Shown here: positions 8,970 to 17,536 of the stretch, piece by piece
Position numbering within the stretch: position 1 is the stretch's first letter
Layout: each line of letters starts with the position of its first letter
Assembly (NCBI GenBank): GCA_964549745.1
Contig: CAZJWP010000004.1
Location: 1 to 53,920 of the forward strand
From: an uncultured bacterium
Lineage (GTDB): Bacteria; Fidelibacterota; Marinisomatia; Marinisomatales; J089
Length of the DNA: 53,920 nucleotides
Reading direction: 5' to 3'
Notes under the pieces: model-generated
Told to the model about the DNA's origin: nothing
Databases searched by the model: none
Seen by the model: the letters and a program-made list of their open reading frames with translations, nothing else
Made by a program: the position numbers and the translations under genes

Positions 8970-10579
8970 AAATACGATTTATTCTAATCCCGCTATTCGT
9001 GTCCGCAATTTTCGCCGGAGACCTGATTCCAACAAACTACTCACTTAGTGAGTCGATGCCCCATTCTTCACGAGTCATTGGATTAACCAGCAATATTGTT
9101 TCCGAAATTAAACTGCAAGGCGATTCCCTGGTTTGGCTTGGTACGAGCAGTAGCATTGCCAGGATGGAAGATTCGGCTACCGTGGTAACACTCGATACAC
9201 TGCGGCTTTCGGATGGAACGGATCAGCTCATGGAATACGGAATTTCTGCTATTGCTGTTTCCGGTGATTCTGTGCTGTTTGCTTCGGCGACGCGGGATAA
9301 GGATGTGTCAGTCGGCGCAGGTTTGTATTATGCAACAAACGGATCGGATTCTTTGCCGATCTGGACTTATTATCCGCAACCGGTCGAACAGATAGGGGAT
9401 TCCCTGGTACCGTTTGCCAACAAATATTTCCGTGCAAATCCGATTACAACAGATCATAAAAATGTGACCTACGATGCATCCATTGGCGGCGGCTATTTAT
9501 GGATTGCCAGTTGGGCCGGAGGTCTTCGACGGTTTGATTTAGCGAACGGACATAGTTTTGATCGTGTCCCGCTCCCGATGGATGCGCAGGATACATTACT
9601 CACATGTTCGGATTCGTCCTATGTTACGAATAATGATGGCCAGGACGTCTTAAAGAACTATTACCAAAATCCACAAGACCCGTCGGACGGTGGCACCGGA
9701 AATCATAACCACAAAGCTTTTTCGGTATTGGCTTATTCTGATACAGTCTGGGTTGGGACAGCAGATGGAATTAACCGCGGAATATTGGGATTGAACGGCT
9801 GTATTGATTGGACTCATTTTCGGTTTCCATACGACGGCATGAGCGGGAATTGGGTGGTCAGTATTACACGTCAGGATAAAGCCGGTAAACACTTGATCTG
9901 GGCTGTGACTCTTAGTACGGATCTTGAAGGAGAGCAACGAGGCGTGAGTTACACCGATGATGATGGTGAAACCTGGCACAGCGTATTACTCAATGAACGA
10001 GGCTACAATGTAATCTCTCAGGATTCTCTGGTTTTAGTATCGACGGACAACGGACTTTGGAGAAGTGATGACGGTACAAACTGGGCTTTATATAAACCGG
10101 CCCATCAGGCGATTCCCATGCAGGCTGACGAAATTTTAAGTAATACTGTCTACGCTGCGGTTCCCGATGCGAGGAGTTATTTCCCGAATCCAATTCTTTG
10201 GATAGGGACACCGGATGGCTTAGCGAAGTCATCGGATTTATCCGGGCAAAACTGGACAATCTTTCGTACAAATTATGATCCTCAAACCGCCTATGCTTAT
10301 CCGAATCCATTTTCACCCATGTCCCACAATCAGGTTGATGGTGACGGCTACGTTCGCATCCATGTGGACGTGCATACCAGTTATGTTGTGGACATGTCCG
10401 TATATAATTTTGCCATGGAAAATGTTTTCCGGCAATCTTACGATCGCAGAACGGCGAACGGAACCTTGAAATGGAATGGACGTGATTCTAATGGCCGATT
10501 GGTTGCAAATGGCGTTTATTTCATTAAGTTGGATTACGATGCCAAGACAGATTGGCTGAAACTGATTGTCGTTAAATGA
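8966..10579 (+). CDS. Beta-propeller (Reg_prop-type repeats) protein with T9SS C-terminal domain; PorZ-like candidate
   Basis: Signal peptide present. Repeated propeller blades of the W-x-G-T-x-x-G-L type (LVWLGTSSSIARM, YLWIASWAGGLRRFD, TVWVGTADGINRG, LVSTDNGLWRSDDG, ILWIGTPDGLAKS). C-terminal CTD (YAYPNPFSP...GVYFIKLDYDAKTDWLKLIVVK). Confidence 0.65.
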   Translation: MKIRFILIPLFVSAIFAGDLIPTNYSLSESMPHSSRVIGLTSNIVSEIKLQGDSLVWLGTSSSIARMEDSATVVTLDTLRLSDGTDQLMEYGISAIAVSGDSVLFASATRDKDVSVGAGLYYATNGSDSLPIWTYYPQPVEQIGDSLVPFANKYFRANPITTDHKNVTYDASIGGGYLWIASWAGGLRRFDLANGHSFDRVPLPMDAQDTLLTCSDSSYVTNNDGQDVLKNYYQNPQDPSDGGTGNHNHKAFSVLAYSDTVWVGTADGINRGILGLNGCIDWTHFRFPYDGMSGNWVVSITRQDKAGKHLIWAVTLSTDLEGEQRGVSYTDDDGETWHSVLLNERGYNVISQDSLVLVSTDNGLWRSDDGTNWALYKPAHQAIPMQADEILSNTVYAAVPDARSYFPNPILWIGTPDGLAKSSDLSGQNWTIFRTNYDPQTAYAYPNPFSPMSHNQVDGDGYVRIHVDVHTSYVVDMSVYNFAMENVFRQSYDRRTANGTLKWNGRDSNGRLVANGVYFIKLDYDAKTDWLKLIVVK

Positions 10580-11520
10580 AAAAGAAAAAATACACATTCA
10601 AACTCACGTGGGTCACTCTTTGCACCCTGTCATCAATTTGGGCCGGTGATTATGCCGGAATGTCCGGTAGTTTCCTCCGTATGGGAACCACCGCCCGCTC
10701 GATTGCCATGGGCAGCGCCTTTACCGCCGAAATGGATTATGGATTTACCGCGTATCATAATCCGGCAACTGTATCCTTACTGAATTCAAAACAGATTTCA
10801 TTTTCTTACCAGGGCTTAAGTCTGGGCCGGCAATTCAATGCTGCAGCCATTGCTTTTCCGCTTCCTCCAACAGGCGGACTTGGGATTTCCTGGGTTGGGA
10901 GCGGCGTATCGAATATCGATGGGCGAACATCTTCCGGTGAGCACACCGGTTCTATGCACACCAGCGAAAATGCATTTATGTTTTCGTTTTCCCAACACAT
11001 CCTGTCCTGGATATCGGTTGGAATCAATGTGAAAATATTGAGACAGCAATTGCCCATGAATTCGGACAACCTGACCGGCAGTGGAACGGGTGTAGATCTG
11101 GGATTTTTACTCTATCCCGAATCACCCTGGAAAATGGCGTTGATGATTCAGGATCTCAATTCATCCTATCAATGGAATACCGGACAGATATTCGACCAGG
11201 GCCGCGTATACAAAGAATCTTTCCCAACGATTTATCGTTTGGGAACAACCTATTCGTACCGCGGACTTTATTTTACCGGTGATGCCGGATACATCACGGA
11301 TCATAAATACGGACTCGGTTATTCGCTAAGAGCTGGAGTCGAATACCAATACAAAGATCACTATTTCCTCCGGGCGGGTTTTGGAAACCAAAGAGCTGCA
11401 GGAGGCATCGGGATGGACTACTCGTTGCTAAAACAAAATGACTCTCATTTGGATTATGCGTTTGTAGTTGAATACCCCGCAGGAATTGCCCATGTCATTA
11501 CGTATGCGCTTGAATTTTAA
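10576..11520 (+). CDS. PorV/PorQ-family outer-membrane beta-barrel protein
   Basis: ATGA overlap with the upstream gene and a signal peptide. Family N-terminal signature FLRMGTTARSIAMGSAFTAEMDYGFTAYHNPATVSLL. Beta-barrel-like alternating pattern, ending ...TYALEF. Confidence 0.7.
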   Translation: MKKKKYTFKLTWVTLCTLSSIWAGDYAGMSGSFLRMGTTARSIAMGSAFTAEMDYGFTAYHNPATVSLLNSKQISFSYQGLSLGRQFNAAAIAFPLPPTGGLGISWVGSGVSNIDGRTSSGEHTGSMHTSENAFMFSFSQHILSWISVGINVKILRQQLPMNSDNLTGSGTGVDLGFLLYPESPWKMALMIQDLNSSYQWNTGQIFDQGRVYKESFPTIYRLGTTYSYRGLYFTGDAGYITDHKYGLGYSLRAGVEYQYKDHYFLRAGFGNQRAAGGIGMDYSLLKQNDSHLDYAFVVEYPAGIAHVITYALEF

Positions 11521-12379
11521 AACTCTCATCCCCATCCTGGTTCTGGTATCCATGTGCCAGGGAATCGGTACGGGATTCCTGCTGATTCCGGTTTCTGTGG
11601 ATGAATTAGCCTTGTGCTCCAATCCTGTCATGGGATTACGATCAAATGCAAATCCGGCTTTAGTCTCTCTGAATACCGGGGAATATCGGGTAACCGTATC
11701 ATCCGGACTGACTTTGGGCGGGACACGCTCCAGCTTGTTGGATTTTGATCGGCAGCGGCAAGGCCGCGACTGGCGGACACAAATTCGTTATGTGGGAATT
11801 GATGGGATCGAATTTCGGTCTGCCTATCCCACCGATGAGTCATTGTCACAATATGGCGCTTATGGATTGGTCGGCGCCCAACAGGTTGCTTTTGATTACC
11901 ACGGATTCCGGGTGGGTGCGGCGATAAAGTATATCTGGATGCAATTGTACGACCGTTCGGCCAAGGGCGGCGCTTTGGATTTGGGAATGACAAGATCAAT
12001 CTCTCCGAAATTTAGTGTTGGAGCTTCTATCCTCAATATGGGATACATCACCGCCTTTATCTCGAGAAATTCCACATTACCACTCCGGATTTTGGGCGGT
12101 GGCTCTTATCGGTTAGAAAGTGGTCAGATCAAAGATAACATCGCTGTTAGCGGCGAATTTTCTTCACAGGTTCAGGGACTCATTTTGAGGGTCTCAAATC
12201 AGATTGATTGGCAGCAAATCCAATTGTTGCTGGGTACCGAAACGTCGAAAAAAGTAACAACCGTTTCGACCGGAGTGAAAATTCGAACCGGACGGTTCGA
12301 TATCGGTTATGCGATTCGATTTGGCAATCAGGGGCTTGGATTACCGCAGTATTTTGAATTGTCCGCCCGCCTGCCCTGA
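11492..12379 (+). CDS. Divergent PorV/PorQ-like outer-membrane barrel protein
   Basis: ATG at 11492 is preceded by AGGA (alternative start at 11504) and overlaps the upstream gene by 29 nt. Degenerate family signature FLLIPVSVDELALCSNPVMGLRSNANPALVSL. Beta-strand-rich. Confidence 0.5.
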   Translation: MSLRMRLNFKTLIPILVLVSMCQGIGTGFLLIPVSVDELALCSNPVMGLRSNANPALVSLNTGEYRVTVSSGLTLGGTRSSLLDFDRQRQGRDWRTQIRYVGIDGIEFRSAYPTDESLSQYGAYGLVGAQQVAFDYHGFRVGAAIKYIWMQLYDRSAKGGALDLGMTRSISPKFSVGASILNMGYITAFISRNSTLPLRILGGGSYRLESGQIKDNIAVSGEFSSQVQGLILRVSNQIDWQQIQLLLGTETSKKVTTVSTGVKIRTGRFDIGYAIRFGNQGLGLPQYFELSARLP

Positions 12380-13203
12380 TGCCCGGAAAAAACGGAACTC
12401 CCTGGAAAATAGCGACAACAATATTGGCTGGCGCAGTCATATTGTTGACAGTTTTATTATTGTACAATAAGCGAAAACCGGCCCCGGCCAAACCAATCCC
12501 GACTCCAACAAAAAAAACACCTTTGCCAAAGCCAATCAATAAGGGTGAAATCGTATTTATTATTGATGATTTCGGGTACCGGAATGATAAAGTGGCCGAC
12601 GGTTTCCTGACGCTTGATGCACCCATGACTTATGCCATAATTCCAGGACATCGCTATAGTCAATCATTTGGACAGGCTGCCAGTCAAAAGGGATATGAAG
12701 TGATTATTCACATGCCCATTGAATCCCGGTCAGAATCCAAAGGGGAAACGGAATACCGATTGAATACAGGAATGTCGGAAAAACAAGTTGACGATCGATT
12801 GGGAAAGGCGTTTACGGAATTGTTCATGGCGGTGGGGATGAATAACCACCAGGGAAGTAAAGGGACCGAAAATAAATCCTTAATGACTGCTTTGGCAAAG
12901 TACCTTCGAAAGAAAGGCGCATACTTCATTGACAGTCGTACTACCGCAAAATCAGTGGCCGAAGAAGTCATGCGGGAAAATAACGTTCCCACCGGTCATC
13001 GCGCCGTGTTTCTGGACAATGATTCCGATCCGGATTTGATAAAGACCCAGATCGGCGAGCTGACAGAAAAGGCCAGGCATTACGGATTTGCGATTGGAAT
13101 CGGCCATGTTCGCCCAAATACCCTGGAAGTGTTGAAGAAAGAAATTCCCAGACTGGAGAAGGAAGGATACAAATTGTTGTACGCTTCTCAAGGTGTGGGG
13201 TGA
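12379..13203 (+). CDS. Divergent polysaccharide deacetylase family protein (YibQ-like)
   Basis: TGATG overlap with the upstream gene and an N-terminal TM segment. Motifs IVFIIDDFGYRND, TYAIIPGH, VIIHMPIE, GMNNHQGSKGT, YFIDSRTT and AIGIGHVRPNT. Confidence 0.8.
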   Translation: MPGKNGTPWKIATTILAGAVILLTVLLLYNKRKPAPAKPIPTPTKKTPLPKPINKGEIVFIIDDFGYRNDKVADGFLTLDAPMTYAIIPGHRYSQSFGQAASQKGYEVIIHMPIESRSESKGETEYRLNTGMSEKQVDDRLGKAFTELFMAVGMNNHQGSKGTENKSLMTALAKYLRKKGAYFIDSRTTAKSVAEEVMRENNVPTGHRAVFLDNDSDPDLIKTQIGELTEKARHYGFAIGIGHVRPNTLEVLKKEIPRLEKEGYKLLYASQGVG

Positions 13204-13408
13204 AGTGTATAGAAAAGTTTTAAGTTTCAAGGATCAGGATTCAAGAACTTAAGATATATTTAAATTGATCATCTGTTTGACTTGTATCAACTGTGGAGAC
13301 TTTAAAATTGTATTTTTCTATTGATGTATTAATTTCTCCGACCCTTTATGCTAAGAATTCCCCATTCTGGTGTATGATTAGAAAATTCATCCGAAGGTCA
13401 AAAAAACC

Positions 13409-15151
13409 ATGACGCTAAAGAATTTCAACAAATTGTTCCTTATCGGCAGCATTCTATTCTCAATGTATTCTATGTCGTATGCGACTAATATTCGATTCAT
13501 GGATTACAATGTACTTAGTTACAGCAGTGGTGATAATACAAAGGACCAGGCCCTTCGGACAGTCATTGATGAGGCCGGGCCGGACTTATTCATGGCGGAA
13601 GAAATTGTTGCCCAGGACGGCTATAATTCGTTTTTAGCCAATGTGCTGAATTATTCTCAGGACGGCTTATTTGTGGGCGCTCCTTTTACCGATCAATCGG
13701 CGTCACAGGACATCGCTTTATATTACAAACCGGATTTGTTCACTTTTATCAGTACAGACATTATTGATATCACAAGTAATTACGGATTGAGAGATGCAGT
13801 CGAATTTGTACTAAGACAGAATTCTTCCGGTGTGGAAATTCGCCTGTACGGTATCCATTTAAAAGCCAGCAGCGGCTCCGATAATGAGGCCACCCGCGCA
13901 GCGGAAACGGAAGCGTTACGAACTTACTTAAATACACTCCCGGAAGGTTCGAATTTCTTTGTGATAGGAGATTTCAACTTCTATCATTCCGGTGAACTGG
14001 GTTTCCAAAATTTAATTGATTCCACGGATTCGAATAACGGTCGCGTTTTCGACCCGGTGAACCGCATTGGATATTGGCATAACAATAGCGCTTATGCTGA
14101 TGTCCACACGCAATCGCCCCGGGCCAGTTTCGGCGGAATGGATGACAGGTTCGATTGGATATTCACCAGTGCGTCGATTCTTTCGCAATCCTTGTGCAAT
14201 TATATTCCCGATACCTATCAGGCTTTTGGGAACGATGGGAATCATTTTAACCAGGGGATCAACGAAGGCAACAATACGGCTGTTCCGGCCAATGTGGCGG
14301 ATGCTATGGTGACGGCATCGGATCATATTCCGGTGGTCTCGGAATTCGAATTTGTGGACACGGTGATGACCAATGCGGGGATCGCCATTTCGGAGGTGAT
14401 GCCGAATCCGGCTTCGGTGAGCGATTCATATGGTGAATGGTTCGAGCTGGCGAATGTGGATACGGTTGCTTACAACCTGGCCGGTTGGACCATCGCCGAT
14501 GAAGGCAGCGATCACCACATCATCGCTCCGGATAACGGGGAATTATGGATATATCCTGGTGATTATTTGGTGCTCGGCCGCAGCGCGGATGAATCCTCCA
14601 ACGGTGGTGTTCAGGTGGATTATGAATATTCAGGATTTTTACTGAGTAACACTGAGGATGAGATTGTTCTTTACAACGACCAGAATGAAATTGTGGATAT
14701 TCTGCAATATACCAGCGCATTTCCATTCTCCAGTGGTGTTTCAATGACAATGTCAGATTTATCGGCAGACAATAATGATGCGGCAAACTGGTCCGCATCC
14801 ACCACGCCTTATGGCAATGGCGATCTGGGAACACCGGGTTTGGCCTGGGATGATTCAATGGCGGTGACTCCCGGTGAACCAGTATTACCGGAAGAATTCG
14901 CCTTACTTCCGGCCTACCCTAATCCATTCAATCCCTCTACGACGGTTCCGATTCTGGCCGGCCGCCGGGGAGAGGTCCAATTTGATGTCGTTAATCTGAT
15001 TGGTCAGAAGATTTATTCTCGGGATTTTTCTGTCAACCCGGGGAGAAATTTAATCCTGTGGGATGGATCGAAAGCATCCAGCGGAACCTATTTTGTCCGA
15101 GTGAAAATGGGCAATGAAGTGCGAATACAAAAAATTATCTTACTTAAATAG
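13409..15151 (+). CDS. Secreted endonuclease/exonuclease/phosphatase (EEP) family protein with lamin-tail domain and T9SS CTD
   Basis: Signal peptide present. EEP motifs (RFMDYNVLSY, FMAEE, VIGDFNF, ASDHIPVVSEF). LTD motif (ISEVMPNPASVSDSYGEWFELANVD...GWTIADEG). CTD (LLPAYPNPFNPSTTVPI...GTYFVRVKMGNEVRIQKIILLK). Confidence 0.8.
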   Translation: MTLKNFNKLFLIGSILFSMYSMSYATNIRFMDYNVLSYSSGDNTKDQALRTVIDEAGPDLFMAEEIVAQDGYNSFLANVLNYSQDGLFVGAPFTDQSASQDIALYYKPDLFTFISTDIIDITSNYGLRDAVEFVLRQNSSGVEIRLYGIHLKASSGSDNEATRAAETEALRTYLNTLPEGSNFFVIGDFNFYHSGELGFQNLIDSTDSNNGRVFDPVNRIGYWHNNSAYADVHTQSPRASFGGMDDRFDWIFTSASILSQSLCNYIPDTYQAFGNDGNHFNQGINEGNNTAVPANVADAMVTASDHIPVVSEFEFVDTVMTNAGIAISEVMPNPASVSDSYGEWFELANVDTVAYNLAGWTIADEGSDHHIIAPDNGELWIYPGDYLVLGRSADESSNGGVQVDYEYSGFLLSNTEDEIVLYNDQNEIVDILQYTSAFPFSSGVSMTMSDLSADNNDAANWSASTTPYGNGDLGTPGLAWDDSMAVTPGEPVLPEEFALLPAYPNPFNPSTTVPILAGRRGEVQFDVVNLIGQKIYSRDFSVNPGRNLILWDGSKASSGTYFVRVKMGNEVRIQKIILLK

Positions 15152-15314
15152 TTCTGTAGTACATATCTGATAAATAGAACAGGCAAAAGGAATAATTACT
15201 CACAAAAAACTAACAAAATTTTGGTTAGATAAAGTTGGATTCACAGGTCCTGTATAGTAAGTTAGGTGCCCTTTCGGGACAACAAAACCATATAATTCTT
15301 GGCTCAACAAACAG

Positions 15315-17516
15315 ATGATTTTCTCTACAAGTTGTTCCATCAAACGGAAAATATTCGTCGGATGGATTTTGATTGTTGGCACGATGCTAGTGGGACAGTC
15401 ACGCCCGGATGTTTTAATGCGGCCCGCCGCCACAGCCACCAATGATATTTTTGATAAATTCACTTCAGTGGGGGAGATCGGTCTTGCCGTGACAAATTTT
15501 GGCGTATTAGGGAATGGGTGGAACCAAATCAATAACCGGATTCAACCTTCCTGCCAGTATAAACAACATACGGACATACTTCGTGAAAATGTGGAGCACT
15601 TTTCGTATGCCGGGTTATGGATCGGCGGAATCGTTAACGATCAGAAACGTGTTTCAACTTCGATTATAGATGGTGTTTTTGATTCGGGTCAGGAGGGATT
15701 CGAATTTTTTTCTGAACCCGGTATGACAATACGTTCATCTATCTCTTCCACCTCTCAGGACTCCATGGCGCAATACTATTCGCCCTACGCGGTATCCCAT
15801 CAGGATTTCCTGGCTGATTTTAAAGACTATTATTCAAGCACTGTTGATAATGGAGGAATTTTAAATCATTTACCATTGGGTATTGATGTTCACCTGGAGA
15901 CGTATGCCTGGAATTTTACATTTGCTGATGCTTTTGTCATCCTGAATTATTCGGTCAAGAATGCTTCCAATGATACGATTAAAGATATTTATGCAGGGAT
16001 TTGGGCGGATGCTTCCATTGGTAATATGAATTATACCGATATTTATTCTCCTGGCGGCGGTTTCAACTGGTATGACAACCTGGATGGATTTGACGATACC
16101 CAGGATGAAGCCGGATTTTTACGGAATATTGCTTACCAATATGATGCTGACGGCGATGATGGGTGGGCGGAATCGTATTTAGGGGTTACGGCGCTTGGCG
16201 GCAATGTACCGTTAACTCATTTACACTCTCATTATTCGCAATGGGTATGGTCCAGTTCGATCAATTCGGATTATCCCGATTATATCATGCCGATCACGGA
16301 TCCGGAGCGATATAATACAATGACAAGCGATGTTCCCAAGACGATTGATCCTCTAAATTCACTTTACGGACCTGAGGGATACCCGGCAGTTACAAACAGT
16401 TGGCTATTCATGCTATCGGCAGGTCCGTATGGCTCAGTACCGGCAAATGCGGATTCATCCAGCTGGATGTTATTACCCGGAGACACAACCAATATTGTAT
16501 TTGCCATCGTTTGTGCCCGCTGGGCCGGGAGCGGTGAAAATAGCAAGGAACGTCGTGAAAATTTACATATCAATGCAGATTGGGCTCAGAAGGCATACGA
16601 CGGTGAAGATAAAAACCGGAATGACAAATTGGATCCGGGTGAAGATCTAAACGAGAATGGGAAGATCGACCGCTATATTTTGCCCGAGCCTCCGCCAACA
16701 CCCAATATGGCCGTTGAAGTCGGAGATCAGGAAGTCGCCATCTATTGGCAGGACAATGCAGAAGATTTCATTGATCCTATCAGCCGTGAAAAGGATTTTG
16801 AAGGATACCGGATATACGGCGCCCATAAAACATTGTCAGATAATACCTCCCAGGAATATACCCTGCTGGGCGAATTTGATTTAGCGGATTCCGTGTATGG
16901 TATTGGGTACAACACCGGGTTCGATCAAATACGAATAACTGATGAAAATGGCAATCCGGACAGTGTCAATATTAACGGTCATTATTATCAATATAAATTT
17001 GTGAATCGTGGTGTTAAGAACGGCTGGATGAAATACTATTCGGTCACTGCTTTTGATCGGGGTGATCCGGCCTCCAATCTGGAAAGTTTGGAAAGCGCTG
17101 TTTCTACCAATAAAGTTTATGTAATTCCGGGGGTAAAAGCTGACACATCCTCCGACTGGGTTGGTCAACCGACCGTTTACCCCAATCCATATCGGGGGCA
17201 GGCTGTCTGGGATGGCTATGGCAACCGGGAACAAATGATCTGGTTCCAAAACCTGCCCGCTCATGCGGAAATCAGGATTTTCTCACTGGCCGGAGATCTT
17301 GTGGATGTCATTGAACATGACCAACAGTATAATGGTCAGGATATTGAAAACATTAATGAACAGAAAAATCCGACGATGAGCGGCGGGCAACATGCCTGGG
17401 ATTTGATCACAAAATACGATCAGGCTGCGGCCACCGGTCTTTATATGTTTACCGTCGAAAATTTGGATAGTAAAAATAAGGAAATAAAAGAGGGTAAATT
17501 CCTCATCATCAAATAA
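15315..17516 (+). CDS. Hypothetical T9SS cargo protein (Asp-rich Ca-binding-like loop, FN3-like segment, CTD)
   Basis: Signal peptide ...TMLVG/QSRPD. Internal DKNRNDKLDPGEDLNENGKIDRY loop. CTD-like C-terminus (TVYPNPYRGQ...GLYMFTVENLDSKNKEIKEGKFLIIK). Confidence 0.6.
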   Translation: MIFSTSCSIKRKIFVGWILIVGTMLVGQSRPDVLMRPAATATNDIFDKFTSVGEIGLAVTNFGVLGNGWNQINNRIQPSCQYKQHTDILRENVEHFSYAGLWIGGIVNDQKRVSTSIIDGVFDSGQEGFEFFSEPGMTIRSSISSTSQDSMAQYYSPYAVSHQDFLADFKDYYSSTVDNGGILNHLPLGIDVHLETYAWNFTFADAFVILNYSVKNASNDTIKDIYAGIWADASIGNMNYTDIYSPGGGFNWYDNLDGFDDTQDEAGFLRNIAYQYDADGDDGWAESYLGVTALGGNVPLTHLHSHYSQWVWSSSINSDYPDYIMPITDPERYNTMTSDVPKTIDPLNSLYGPEGYPAVTNSWLFMLSAGPYGSVPANADSSSWMLLPGDTTNIVFAIVCARWAGSGENSKERRENLHINADWAQKAYDGEDKNRNDKLDPGEDLNENGKIDRYILPEPPPTPNMAVEVGDQEVAIYWQDNAEDFIDPISREKDFEGYRIYGAHKTLSDNTSQEYTLLGEFDLADSVYGIGYNTGFDQIRITDENGNPDSVNINGHYYQYKFVNRGVKNGWMKYYSVTAFDRGDPASNLESLESAVSTNKVYVIPGVKADTSSDWVGQPTVYPNPYRGQAVWDGYGNREQMIWFQNLPAHAEIRIFSLAGDLVDVIEHDQQYNGQDIENINEQKNPTMSGGQHAWDLITKYDQAAATGLYMFTVENLDSKNKEIKEGKFLIIK

Positions 17517-17536
17517 CCAAACAGCGAGGAAATATC

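Noticed and set aside
12180-12626. 148-aa minus-strand ORF spanning the junction of the second barrel gene and the deacetylase gene.
   Set aside because: It overlaps two well-supported + strand genes in a coupled operon and has no independent support.
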